Shown here one piece after another: positions 1-13,100 of a stretch of 64,000 bases of DNA. The position numbers and the translations under genes are program-made. The stretch comes from Octopus vulgaris. Its lineage: Eukaryota. The notes below the pieces were generated by a model. It did not search any database. It was not told the DNA's origin and saw nothing but the letters and a program-made list of their open reading frames with translations. The stretch is taken from assembly GCA_951406725.2 (NCBI GenBank), contig OX597815.1:39494001-39558000 (forward strand), in the 5' to 3' direction. Positions within the stretch are counted from its first letter, which is position 1. Each line of letters begins with the position of its first letter.

Positions 1-61
1 ATTAAAAAAAAGGGGTTAAAATTGTAAGTAATAAATGCTATAATGTTAGAGAACATTACTT

Positions 62-498
62 GGATCTTTTCGGTTTGAACGGCAGTTTTTTTTAGCGGTG
101 TCATATGAAATTGTCACCCATAATTATGACCCTAGAATCAATCTATTACATTTCAATCTGTTTTAGGGTTAGGGTTAGTTAGGGTTAGGGTTAGTTAGGG
201 TTAGGGAGGGGAGAGTGTATTTTTTTCTTCATAAACGTAAATAAACCCAATCTGTTTCTTAAACGAGGGACATATTCATATGGCACGGAATGCTTTTTAA
301 CTCAATAGACGTCACTGATTGGTTGAAATTGCAGAAATTGAAGAAAAAACAACAAATATCTTACAAACTATAGAATTTTCTCAATAGAGCCAAGAGAAAA
401 AGATGTTTTATAAACACATTCTACCAGTATACGAAGTTAAAAATTTTTTAGTTACCTAGAAATTATGTTAAAAACTGCCGTTCAAACCGAAAAGATAC
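62..498. mobile_element. MITE with GG-starting TIRs and 8-bp TSD (Merlin-like), internal TTAGGG tract
   Basis: TIR GGATCTTTTCGGTTTGAACGGCAGTTTTT / AAAAACTGCCGTTCAAACCGAAAAGATAC; TSD CATTACTT at 54-61 and 499-506; interrupted TTAGGG repeats at ~163-206. Confidence 0.85.
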
Positions 499-1064
499 CA
501 TTACTTTGATTTCAGTCGCGGATATTGCTCACTAAATAAGTGTACATCAACCGAATGGTTGAAGTGGCATCAACTGAATGGTTGAATAAAGTGTGTTAAA
601 TCTTCTTAAAGTAATAAAATGTAAGTTGTCATCATAGCAGAAATACGTTAAATGTATATCAAATGGAGATGATGATATCGTATGAAACATTGAAACAGAA
701 AAATAACTCATAGGATATCCACTGGATTTTTACCAAGCATCTATTGCTATCCGAGCGACCAGGTTACCGATTACACTGCAAAGCACATCTGCTTCCCTAT
801 CTTTTGTTTTCAAACGCCGTAGTATCTCTCTCTCCCACCTCTCTTCTTTTTTTTTATTTTACTGTTAAAATTCCACTAGTATCGCAAATATTTCACAGTT
901 GCTTTATCAGATACTTAGCGCGAGCGGGTTGGCTATTCTACTAATGTAAAACATAGCAAGTGCCCAATCATAACCCGATGTTTACAAGGAAGAATTAATA
1001 AATATATCTGATGACGTTTGCATTAAAGTTTTGTCTGTTAATTTATAATCAAATAAATTTTACT

Positions 1065-2066
1065 TTGGTTCCTGGTTCAGTCCCACTTGGGTAAATGTAT
1101 TCTACTATAGCCTGGAGTCGACCAAAGGGATCTTTTCAATTCTGAAGCCAGGACCACAGATCTTTCTACTTAACTAAATATTCTGAAACTTCGTATGCTG
1201 ATAGAGTCTAGCAAAACAAGACACAGGTTGGAACTAGTTTATTTGAGAAAAATCTATTTTATGACTTTAATCGTAGATTAAAACTGCGAATTTTAACCAA
1301 TCAGATTGTTTGTTTTCATGTGTAAAACTTGACTGCATTCTATTAGTGTGACGTAGAAAGCGCTTTTGTGACGTACTAACGTTCGGAAAACTGTAAACAA
1401 ACACAGAACGTAACGGCAGACGAAATACGGCTACGCATTTCGCCCGGCGTGCTAACGTTTCTGCCAGCTCTTTGCTTTTTTAATATTAAATTTCTTGCCT
1501 TTTGCACAAATAAATACAATAAGTGAAATGAAACGCATTAGCTTAGAAACGAAATCTTGTTAGAAGCCTCGTCACTGAGATGCCACTTCTTAATAGCAAA
1601 CGAAAGCAAGTACTAACAGAATGGAAACATTTTCAATTTAATACATGTGGCTTATTAACTAGTTTTAAATATTGTTATTAGAAGGTGGCTGACTATAGGA
1701 TCCTGGAAACATGAGTACGTTAAATAATTAGAAGGAGATTTCACGGAGACATGCGGCTTGTTTACATTTAAGATGTTTAATACGTCACCAAATTGGTGGT
1801 CGAGACGGAGTAAATAAAATAAAGCCGAATGACGGAATATCATTGGTTAAAATTCTAATTATTAAACAACGTTAAACTTAGAAGTTACAATTCCGTTTTC
1901 ATTCTGGTTTACAATTAAGTTTACTTTTGACACATTCTACCAGTATACGAAGTTTCAAATTGTTTGGTTCAGTAGGAAAAATTTGAAAAAACTGGCTTCA
2001 GAATAGAAAAGATCCGACCAAAGTCTTGTAAGTGGATTTGGTGAACGGAAACTGAAAGAAGCCCGT
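1065..2066 (+). mobile_element. Family A tRNA-derived SINE fragment, split by a MITE
   Basis: GGTTCAGTCCCAC...CTACTATAGCC..GACCAAAG resumes after the MITE as GACCAAAGTCTTGTAAGTGGATTTGG..GGAAACTGAAAGAAGCCCGT, matching other copies in the window. Confidence 0.75.
1128..2015. mobile_element. Related Merlin-like non-autonomous DNA transposon
   Basis: TIR GGATCTTTTCAATTCTGAAGCCAG / CTGGCTTCAGAATAGAAAAGATCC; TSD GACCAAAG at 1120-1127 and 2016-2023; shares ACACATTCTACCAGTATACGAAGTT with 62-498. Confidence 0.85.
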
Positions 2067-2821
2067 TTTGTGTATGTGTCTGTGTGCGCGCGTGTGTGTG
2101 AGCGTGTGCGCGTATACATATGTATATATTTGCAAATTCCTCTTACTCACCACATCCAACCTCCCTCGCAGCTTCCCTATTTTCACGTGTGGTATTCTTT
2201 CCCCATTCTATCATTTCTCCTCTTCAACCAAAAACGCTTATAACTACCCCACTCAGTTAGCTACTCACCTTTCCCTCCTTCTCTATTCACCTCCCTCAAT
2301 TCAATTTCATCCACCATCAACCCACCTTCATTATAGTACTAACTACTGCTACCTTGACCACCGACTTTCATCCCCACTCTGTTCACCTCCCTCTATCTTC
2401 TCTCAAACCTTAGTAATCCCCCTCCGCCGCCGAATTAGACACTTTCCCTCCCTCAGATAATTTCCATCCCTTTTCTCACTATCTCAGCTTCCAGTAATTC
2501 TATAGTTATCCATAAACTTTGACACCTATACACATACCCAACAACAGATGACTGCCCTTCAGTTAGTATCTAGCCCACCCTCCTACTCATCGCCCTACTC
2601 TCCAGCTCTACTACCACCTCCCTTAATTATTAACCCTCTCCCACTTCTTGAACTAGCTCTCTTATCTCTTCTCACCATTCCCTTTCTTAACACTCCCCAT
2701 AACCCTAGCAACCCTAGCGACCCGCCTACGTGCTCCTTCTAATACGGCCAGCTCTTCAAATTTAATCATTCCATCTTTGAACTTCTCTGCGTTACGACCT
2801 GAAATGTAAAAAGCTTTTCTA

Positions 2822-2964
2822 CCCTGATGATGGCGGCTCTATTTATTCAATGTTGATTTATCGATTTATCCAATGTTGATTGCTTCCATTACGGTCGCAT
2901 ATTGTGATGAACTATTTCTACCAACATTATGCTACATCTCCAAGCTTCCAGAAACAGCTGTTGG
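2822..2964 (+). ncRNA. Hammerhead-like motif with a long stem II insert
   Basis: CC-CTGATGA-TGG-[~115 nt]-CCA-GAAAC-AGCT-GTT-GG; palindromic stem III; stem I only 2 bp. Confidence 0.4.
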
Positions 2965-4268
2965 ACTTATAACACCTTTCTTCCTCACCTTTAATTTTCT
3001 CTGTCGTTTGTACTCCGTGTAAGTTGGATCTATTAATATAAATATCTATATATTTATACTTAAATAACGATCGTCTGAAGGTCTCCCTTTTTCGTTTTCT
3101 CTCGTTTTGCATGTATACATATATACATATTTTGCCTGTCACTTATAACCCAGTATAATCTACCCGAGGCTTTGTTTTCGTCTACGTGGCTTCACTTACG
3201 TTATGGGTCAACCTGAGGTTATCTTACTCAAGATGCTTTCAGAAAAATTGAACGAAGTGATTGCGAACTGAACTTCTACACCACATTGCCTTGCCAGTGA
3301 GAGAAATAAATAGCGAAATATATTTTCAGTTTCGTTGTGAGCTCAATTTATAGACATTTAATCTTACAGTGGCTGAGTGCTGATTGGATACAGTACCCAA
3401 GAGCGAGCAGTTTGTATTCTGTCATAAGGACTGACTGCATTGTGTTCATAATAAAGGGTTCTGATCCTCAACGGCTTCTCAGTTCACCAGGTTGTAAATA
3501 GATATTATGGTGGGGCTGTAAACAAATACCAGGCTGTAAATAGATACCATAGCTCATTGCTGCAAGCAGCGGGATCATAGTGATCAACAGGAACACAATA
3601 AAATTTATGAGTGTTTCGTTAACTTTCAGTGCTGCGTTCAATTCTTCCCGTGGGTATAAGTTGAAGGGGAATGGGTTCCAACAGGATGATTTGCCTAGAT
3701 ATGAAGATAACCCGCTGGGTTATGAGACTCATCACCAAATATTCTCTTACTCTCATACCTTCTTCCCCACTTCTTTCTCTTTCTCTCTTCCTCACACACA
3801 TACATTCTTTTTACGCATGTACTTACATAGACACACACATATCGAGTGACCTATTATATTTAGCTTTGTGACGAGAGGAACGCCTCAGTGACTACAGAGA
3901 ATTGATGTACTATCTGAAGAGAAAGTTGTTATGGCAGCGAGTAAGACAGTAATATTAGGATCTTGTCAGGAAAACGAAGTCCATATGGACCATTAAACGA
4001 TAGGCTGTATTTGGATTTGAATTGTCTTCAATTGGTGCAGACTGTCACTGGGTTTTCACACTGATAGCTCTGAATCGTTAAGTACTTTTACAGACTTAGA
4101 ATACTTTCTGTTTATTTATATTTTTTGTTACAGAAATACATTCTAGGTTTGTATTGAGAAATTTAGGAGTTGGAGAGCGAGAACATGAGGTTTATAGTGG
4201 AGCCAGTTCCCTCAGGTATATTGTAATATCTCGTTCTTTACACACACACACACAAAGCACATACATAT

Positions 4269-4341
<73 letters not shown>

Positions 4342-4869
4342 CATACATGTGTTTGTGTATGTGTGTGTGTGTGTGTGCTTGTATGTAACTAGTATTTTAA
4401 GTGTATTGCTGAAGGCTTTATATAACCGACTTTTAGAGAAGAGTGACAGCAGTCATAAAGGTTTGTCAGATAATTAATAATACCAGAAAGGTGAAATACA
4501 AAAGAACAAAAAAATCCTAACAAGATTGTATGGAAAAGAAACGTGGTTGAACTGCATGTTATATGTTTAAAGAATTATACTTGAACTGGTGAAATGTATT
4601 AAATACTGGACTTGAAATCAATCGGATTTTAAATTAACTTTCAAGATTATAATATGCGTGATATTAGACATGATAATCCTTCATATGAGGCAGAAAAGAG
4701 AAATAGGCCTACAAAATTGTTGGCGGAGTTACCGCGTTGCCCGACGGAACACTTACCAGTGCATCTCTTCAAGTAAGAGACTAACATTTGTTCCTGCTTG
4801 GTTAACAGAATTTAAGAAGATAAATTCTGTTAATTCTGTTAACAAGCTAATTAGTCAATTAACTAGTTC

Positions 4870-5408
4870 GTATTTCTTTATCGCCCACAAGGGGCTAAAC
4901 ATTGAGGGGACAAACAAGGGCAGACAAACGGATTAAGTCGATTAGATCGACCCCAGTGCGTAACTGGTACTTATTTAATCGACCCCGAGAAGATGATTGG
5001 CAAAGTCGACCTCGGTGGAATTTGAACTCAGAACGTAACGGCAGACGAAATACTTATTTCTTTACTACCCACAAGGGGCTAAACACAGAAGGGACAAACA
5101 AGGACAGACAAACGGATTAAGTCAATTATATCGACCCCAGTGCGTAACTGATGCTTATTTAATCGACCCCGAAAGGATGAAAGCAAAGTCGACCTCGGCG
5201 GAATTTGAACTCGTCTTCCGCTACGTTCTGAGTTCAAATTCCTCCGAGGTCGATTTTGCCTTTCATCCTTTTGGGGTCAATTAAATAAGTACTAGTTACG
5301 CAGTGGGGTCGATATAATCGACTTAATCCGTTTGTCTGTCCTTGTTTGTCCCTTATACCGCTAAGCATTTCGCCCGGCGTGCTACCGTTTCTGTCAGCTC
5401 GCCGCCTT
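4870..5408 (-). mobile_element. Composite family B SINE (MetaSINE-like core), duplicated and partly inverted
   Basis: Two minus-strand bodies (4870-5052, 5053-5212), a plus-strand piece (5213-5353) and the head (5355-5408); TSD TCAATTAACTAGTTC at 4855-4869 and 5409-5423. Confidence 0.8.
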
Positions 5409-7217
5409 TCAATTAACTAGTTCTAGCAAGATAAGTGAATATGAAGTTTAACATAATGAATCAGATGCTTTATTTATTTCTAAAACATTAAAAACGAAGT
5501 GAATTCAATGTTTTGCCTCGTTTTATACATGATACAAAAACTAGATAGAAAGCTTAAGGCTACACATGATAAAAAGTTTTAAAAGTATAATTTAGAAACT
5601 GTATCGAATAATCAATGGAAAAAGTATTTTATCTGTATTTTAACAAAGGACAACAATCAAGCCAATTTAGTACTAGATCTTTAAGGGACTCTATCCACTA
5701 TAAACACCCAGTGGTATAAACATTCTACATAATACTACTGCAATTACAAAGTACATAAAACTGCAAACTACGCATTATCTGTCACATGTTGTACATGAAA
5801 TACTATTCGTTTACACAACAAAACAAAAGATACTTGAAATGGACGACCACTTGTTCATACAATACCGGAGCAATGTTGTTCCGACTCAACCCAGACAAAT
5901 ATAAAGTACACACATATGTTGAAATAGCTGCAATATCGGGAGCAACAGTTGTTTAAAACAATGTGTTGGAATGATGTCCACCTCTGACGTAATGCAGCCT
6001 GCCAACACCGGAGTCCCTGATGTAATGCAGTGGCCAACACCGGAGTCTCTAGATACATAAATGGACTGCGCAGTGGAGTGGGCGCAACATACCCAGACTG
6101 ACACACTGTAAAGGATCCTCTTACATGGTTCCTCATCATACTAGAAATAGCAAATACTCCCTCACATAACACGCTCTATCTTAAATAAAGAAAAATACAT
6201 TAGTTAATGTAGTCATTGCTATACGAAAAACGAGTTGGCCATTGCAAGAGTGCTTTTGATCATAGGTATGTTTGGTAACTTCTGAACCGAGACTAAACAG
6301 AATCAGCCGTACCGGAATAGACTGGGCAGTAGGGTAAGTACTACGAGTCTGGACTGTCACACTACATGATTCATCACTGTATGTCTAAGTGTACTGTGCT
6401 GTCATCTTCAAGGTTCATCTGAGACAATGATCTGTGGGACCACCTAGTCGTTCAACTATTGATCATCAACTCAAAAAATTGTGCGTTAAAAATCAGACTG
6501 AAAATTAACTTTAAATATTATCAGTTTTCTATTCTTTATTTCTAACTTTAGTATCGTGTGTCACCTTTTGGGAAATGGTATAATCACTTGAATGGACACA
6601 AGTTCTTTACTTGTACATATTTTATAGATTTTTGTAAGAATGAAAAATAAATCGAGTTTAGCAAGATTTGAACTAAATACCACAAAGTGCTTAGTTCAGC
6701 TTCCCACCGTGTCTACCATTCATCGCCTTTAATGGAAAGTATAAGAAATATTGATGAATTAACAGCAATATTCTCCGGGGAATGGTGGAGACTATGAGTT
6801 ATGTTCAATATTTCAAGCTCGGACAGTATTATATATCGAACATCCTTTGTGTTGTGTTATTTATAATTAATTTGATAAATTCCCTTTGATGAATACTCAA
6901 GTGTGATAACCTTGATGAAAATTTATGACACCAATATCTTAAACCATTCGAAAGTTCTCATATCAAATTACACATACTTAACTGTTACGATAAAATGTTT
7001 GGTGTATTATGATAGAAGTTTTTTTTTTAGCGCTCATCTCCGTCTTCATTTAACTATAGCTATCAAAATGTAGTCAGTGTTTTAGCGAAATTTATAACGC
7101 TGTAAATTTTGTTTGCTGTAATGAGAAAAGAAGTAGTTTTTTACTATATGACAAGAATAAGTTTTCTTATAAGTGCTCAATTTCTCATTGGTTATATATA
7201 ATTTACAGATTTTATCT

Positions 7218-7367
7218 TTTACTTGTTTCAATCACTGAATTGCGGCCACGCTGGAGCACTGAATTGAAGAGTTTAGTCGGACAAATGGACCCCGGTACTG
7301 ATCTAGAAAAAACAAATCCGGTAATTTTTATTAGTCCTTTTGTTGAACCGATAACTTATGGGGACAT

Positions 7368-7375
<8 letters not shown>
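7218..7375 (-). mobile_element. Family A SINE 3' fragment
   Basis: TTTACTTGTTTCAATCA..TGCGGCCACGCTGGAGCAC..GGGGACATAAACACAC matches the other copies. Confidence 0.65.
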
Positions 7376-7447
<72 letters not shown>

Positions 7448-7458
7448 GTATATATATA

Positions 7459-8345
7459 CTCAGTCTGATCAATAAGTATCGAGACTGTTACCATAGTAAC
7501 GAAGCTAAACGACGCAGAGTAAAGCCGCTTGACAAAAATTGACCTTGAACTCTGTTGTGCATGCACACAAAGTGTTAACGTTCTAGCTCACTTCCGCTGT
7601 TTACAGCAGTGCTTGGGAGGAAGGTGTAGTATGTGATCGTCACATTGACCATGACAGAGAAAGTTGCCATGGCGATACCTGCCCAGAGGCCTACGCAAAG
7701 TTGCAGAAAGTGTATGGAGGGGAGTGTCTAAGTCGCACACAATGGTACGAGTGGTTCAGACGTTTCCCAGATGGCCCCAAAAAATGTCGATATTGACCAA
7801 CATTCTGAGAGACCCGCAACCAGCAGAGCTGAGAAAAATATTGCAGTTGTGCGTGCAGCTGTGGGGGAAAACCGTCGAATCACCACCCGTGAGTTAGAGG
7901 ATGTGCAGATTAATTACAGTTCCCTTCAGTCCATTATCACTGAACATTTGGATATGAGACACGTGTCTACCAAGTTTGTGCCAAAACTGCTTTTAGCTGA
8001 CCAAAATTCACTCGAGTTTCAGTTGCACAAGATCTCTTTGATTGTGACAAGAACGATGAAAGCTTTTTGAAATCTTTGCTAGGCCTCTGAGCAGGTATCG
8101 TCAAGCTTTTGGCAAAATTTGTTGCAGATTCTCTGATCAACTTTCTGTCATGGTCAAGATGGCGATCATACGTTACACACGTTCCTTCCAAGAGCTGTTG
8201 TAAACAGCGACAGTGAGCTAGATCGTTAAAACTTAGTGCACCTGTACGGCAGAGTTTAAGGTCAATCTGTGTTAAGCGGCTTCAACCTTCGTGCATCAGC
8301 TTCGTTACTATGGCAACAATCTGGATACTTATTGATCAGAACACG
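7459..8345 (+). mobile_element. Internally deleted mariner element with long TIRs
   Basis: TA-flanked imperfect inverted ends of ~185 bp (TCTGATCAATAAGTATC.. / ..GATACTTATTGATCAGA); ORF 7771-8070 RPATSR..ENRRITTREL..HLDMRHVSTKFVPKLL is a mariner HTH/linker region. Confidence 0.85.
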
Positions 8346-8527
8346 TATATATATATATATATATATATTAATAAATGAAATAAAACATATGCATATATAT
8401 AAACATATATGTACGTACCTACCTCTACATGTACATATACACGCATATATGAGTACAGGACACCAAAGGGACGTCGAACACAAAGAGAAACGAAAACATA
8501 GACACAAACCAAAGGAACTGGACATTT

Positions 8528-8564
<37 letters not shown>

Positions 8565-8574
8565 ATGTATGTAT

Positions 8575-8575
8575 G

Positions 8576-8670
<95 letters not shown>

Positions 8671-8677
8671 ATAGATA
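8575..8677. repeat. (GATA)n microsatellite
   Basis: Direct reading. Confidence 0.95.
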
Positions 8678-9281
8678 AAACTTACTTGGAAAAGGATGCG
8701 TGGCTTTTGATCACAATATATAAATATATGCATATATACTTACATATATGTACATACCTACATATATATGTATATATACATGCATATATGGGACAGGGCA
8801 TCAAAAAGACGTTGAACAATTAGAAACGAAAGCATAAAAACAAAAACATAGAAACGAACTTTTTTTCAAACAACGAAAAAAAAACAGAGTACAAGACATA
8901 CAACACAAGGAATATTTCCCTTCTTCAGTTGTCCCTGTTTCATCTACACCACGTTTCAAGGGTAAGTAGTAGATGAAACAGGGGCAACTTTTGTGTTGTA
9001 TGTCTTGTACTCTGTTTTGAGTCTTTAATATAAAAAAAGAAAAGAAACAGGTAATCGTAGTTGGAACATACATTTGCCATGGAGTTTAAACATTAATAAA
9101 CTGTCCACAAAGTGAGTTCTAATTTTCAATTCATACTGAAACCAATTCGAGTTATTTACGCCGGAGAAAGGCATGAACTTAATAAAATCACATAGCAAAG
9201 GACTTTTAATCGAAAGCCAGATTGTTAAATTAAATGTATATATTTTATCATTTGGGCAATCAACTCACTCCAAACAACAAT

Positions 9282-9673
9282 TACTCTTACTCTTTTACTC
9301 TTTTACTTGTTTCAGTCATGGAGCACCGCCTTTAGTCAAGCAAATCGACCCCGGGACTTATTCTTTGTAAGCCTAGTACTTATTCTATCGGTCTCTATTG
9401 CCGAACCGCTAAGTTACGGAGACGTAAACACACCAGCATCGGTTGTCAAGCGATGTTGGGGGACAAACACAGACACACAAACACACACATACATATATAT
9501 ATATACATATATACGACAGGCTTCTTTCAGTTTCCGTCTACCAAATCCACTCACAAGGCTTTGGTCGGCCCGGGGCTATAGCAGAAGACACTTGCCCAAG
9601 GTGTCACGCAGTGGGACTGAACCCGGAACCATGTGGTTGGTTAGCAAGCTACTTACCACACAGCCACTCCTGC
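9282..9673 (-). mobile_element. Family A tRNA-derived SINE, near full length
   Basis: Reverse complement has head GCAGGAGTGGCTGTGTGGTAAG..GGTTCAGTCCC (A/B boxes), an internal microsatellite and an (AAAAGAGT)-type tail. Confidence 0.85.
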
Positions 9674-9682
9674 CGTGATACA

Positions 9683-9771
<89 letters not shown>

Positions 9772-9772
9772 T

Positions 9773-10793
9773 GTTTCTTTATTAGCCACACAGGGCTGCA
9801 CACAAATAGAACAAATTACAAGGTAAAGCTTTTCTTTTGAAGGTTTAAAAAAAAAAAAAAAAGGAAGGGGGAGTTTCGATCAAAAGGGATCGTAAAAGGA
9901 GAGAAAGAGGACAAAAAAAAGGGGGTTAAAAAAAGGGGGAGAGGAAAAAAAAAAGAAAAAAAAATTTGATCAATAGGGATCGTTATCACAGAAATGTCAA
10001 TATGGAGTGTAAAGGGGAGGACAGGTGAGGTTTACCCGTGGAAAGAAAAGCCTACGGAAAAGACCACGGTAACCTCGGTCAATGGAGTCACATGTTATAT
10101 TTCTTTTTTTTTTTTTTTTGCAAATAAGCAACTCTCTGTTTTCAATTTCTGGGTTCATAGGATCATGCTCAAGGTGGCTTCGTCATTCATACGTGCCATT
10201 CTTGCTACATTCACCCATCTTTTTTTAAAACATTCGCTAGACAAAACTTGCCTCTCTACTCTCACTTTCCTTTTCAAGTGGTACTTGAAGAAGTTGATGA
10301 GAGATTGACCAGAGAGGAAAGTGTTTGTCTCCAATCCTTTCAGACGCGTCCACCAGATACATTCTTTCGCCATAGCCACAAGGATGATGAAAATAGCTCT
10401 TCCTTCCCGTTTGAAGGAGGGAGGCGTGACAATATTAACGATAGACTCAGCTGATAAACCGACTCGTCCCACACGTGACAGCAGTTGTTCGACACAAGCC
10501 CACAGGTCGGAAATTGTTGGACACTGCATGAGTGCGTGCAGAACGGTTTCGTCGCTCTGACCGCATCTCGGGCAGGTCGGCCCCGTGTTTCTCGAGCCGT
10601 GTCTGTAGAGCTTATCCCGAACGGGTAGCGCTTCTCGGTAGCACTGCCAGGCCAGGGATCTCTGGAAGTTGTCCATGGGCCCTGGCCCGAAAGTCGTCCT
10701 GAACAGGCGGGTCAGGTACTCCTCGTCGACGTCCAGGTTCGCCCCGAGCTCGTCGTCGTACCTCCCCTCCACTAAACCCCTATAGAATGCTTT

Positions 10794-10794
<1 letters not shown>
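9773..10794 (-). mobile_element. 5'-truncated Tx1/L1-clade LINE (ORF2 C-terminus and 3' UTR) inside (GATA)n
   Basis: ORF 10155-10772 has the zf-RVT motif TCPRCGQSDETVLHALMQC; AATAAA at the 3' end; GATA arrays on both sides (9715-9770, 10794-10881). Confidence 0.85.
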
Positions 10795-10881
<87 letters not shown>

Positions 10882-11279
10882 CAATATATGAAGAAAATTT
10901 AACTTGTCTGAATCAGATGTGTTTATATTGAGTCCCTTTTATGTTTTAACTTAACAGTTCGTCAAATAGATTGATAAACTTCAACCAAACTGAAATAACT
11001 ACTGGATTCATATGATCAATTAAATCCTCAAAAGCAGTGCTCCAGTATGGTTGCAGTCTAATAACGAAAATCAGTAAACGAATGGAAAAGATACATTGTT
11101 AATATATCATTCTTGAGCAAGAAACAAACTTAGACTGAGTGAGTCAAGTGAACAATAAAAAAAAAAGTGCAATCGACAGAGGCAAGTTGTTACGTGTGTA
11201 TGTGTGTGTGTGTGTGCGTGTCAGTGAGAGAGAGAGAGAGAGAGATCTACGAATGCTACAAATTTGTTCCCTCCTATAG

Positions 11280-11603
11280 GAGGTTGTCAAACTATTAATT
11301 GTTCTTATATGATGGTAGTCACTCGTAATCCAAAAAAGACGGTTCTGCAATTTCTTGCTGAAGAGCCTGCCCAAATTATTTGTTTATAGTGATCAAACGT
11401 ATCTGTTGTACATTAGCTCACTCCTTCCATCAAATTGACGTTGCCTGAACGAGTGCATGGTCCACCACACGCCGAAGTGATTGCAGATCAACGTGAGATG
11501 AAGTGTTTTGTTCAAGGACACAACGTATTACTTAGTTGAAAAATTAGAACCACGATTTCGTGATCGTGAGTGCAACACTCTAACCAGCAGGCCATGCACC
11601 CTC
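11280..11603 (-). mobile_element. Degenerate tRNA-derived SINE
   Basis: Reverse complement GGGTGCATGGCCTGCTGGTTAGAGTGTTGCACTCACGATCACGAAATCGTGGTTC resembles the family C head. Confidence 0.55.
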
Positions 11604-12139
11604 GACATTTATTTTCTACACACTTAATATAACTGATAGTGTTTGCTTAAAAGAAAGACGTAGTGAACGTATGTATGAGTGAGGAATTATTTATGTAAAA
11701 AAAAAAGTACAATCTTATGAACTAACCATTGAAGATTAGACTTTTTACAAAGTACCTCGAGGGTTTATTTTGTTGTACTGCTAAAATTTCCTCAGTTTGT
11801 AAATTACGTATATATTCCATCCTTTTTGCGTTTTAGGGTTTAATGCCAAAAATTCGGCCTAAAATATTTCTAGCATAGAAAAGATATAATATGGAAATTA
11901 AAAATAAGTACAAGTAGTCAGAAGCGTGAATATGGAAGGAATGATAATACGTTTTGAGTGAGGAATTATTTAAATGACAAGGAAAGACTGATATGCAGAA
12001 TCTTGGCAGTCAAGCTTCAAGACTTCTTAATTTATTCAGGTGTTCTATAGAAAATGTATTGTGGGTTCTCTTTCAAGATGTTTTAAATAAATCACTTCAG
12101 TTTTTAAATTATATTCTTAACAACAACAACAATCTTTTC

Positions 12140-12270
12140 TATTTTAGGTACAAGAGCTCAAAAGTTTTTGTGGGAGGGGGCTCATCGATTACATCGACTC
12201 TAGTACTCAGCTGGTACCTATTTTATGGTAAATATGGAAACCAAAATCGACTTTGGTGGAATTTGAACTC
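12140..12270 (-). mobile_element. Family B SINE fragment
   Basis: ..AAAATCGACTTTGGTGGAATTTGAACTC matches the other B copies. Confidence 0.55.
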
Positions 12271-12323
<53 letters not shown>

Positions 12324-12327
<4 letters not shown>

Positions 12328-13022
12328 GTAACTAGAATGTGGAATCTAAAAACAGAAACAATTCCTTTCATAGTAGGTGCATTAGGCATGATAAAAAAAT
12401 ATTCAGACAAATACATAACAAAAACACCAGGACTTACAAATATATATAACATACAGAAAATTGCACTACTAGGCACTGCACACATCCTACGCAGAACACT
12501 TTCAATACAGTAACCATCAGAGCATCACAACAAATCACAGTACATACTCAAGGCACACAGAGCTGCGCTCGGTAGTGAAGTGAAAGCACGCTATAAACAT
12601 AAAACTACTGAATGATTATAATAATAATAACAACAGCAACAACAACAACAACACACTTAGATTGATCAAAAAAGGAATTGAAAATTATTCGCTTGAAATG
12701 ATCAAAAAAGGAACTGAAAATTATTTAAGAATGATCCCTGGCTTACCATCTATGCAGGAAGTGCAAAAGATTGTCTTAACTGGTATATCATATGTACTGA
12801 GAAGAGCATTGTCGTTGTGAATTTTCTTTCCTTTTTCCCTTTTATTTTCTTTCTTTATTTTTTATTTTTTCCTTTTTCTCTCTGTCTTTCTTCCCCTCTT
12901 CCTCTATCACATGACTATGTAAATGCACAATCTGGTGTGCTTACTTTAATGGTATACAGTGCGTTTCTCTGCTCTAGGTGTCAGGAAGACACTCGGCAAG
13001 AAATGGAAACAGAATTGAAATA
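12324..13022 (+). mobile_element. Two tandem 3' ends of R4/Dong-like non-LTR elements within (AAT)n
   Basis: EVTRMWNLKTETIPFIVGALG..IQKIALLGTAHILRRTL (12324-12513); second piece ..IPGLPSMQEVQKIVLTGISYVLRRAL (~12735-12815); (AAT)n at 12271-12323, ~12615-12650 and 13028-13100. Confidence 0.8.
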
Positions 13023-13041
13023 AGGTGATAATAATAATAAC

Positions 13042-13100
<59 letters not shown>

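Noticed and set aside
163-206. TTAGGG tract as a chromosome end
   Set aside because: Short, interrupted and internal to a MITE with a TSD
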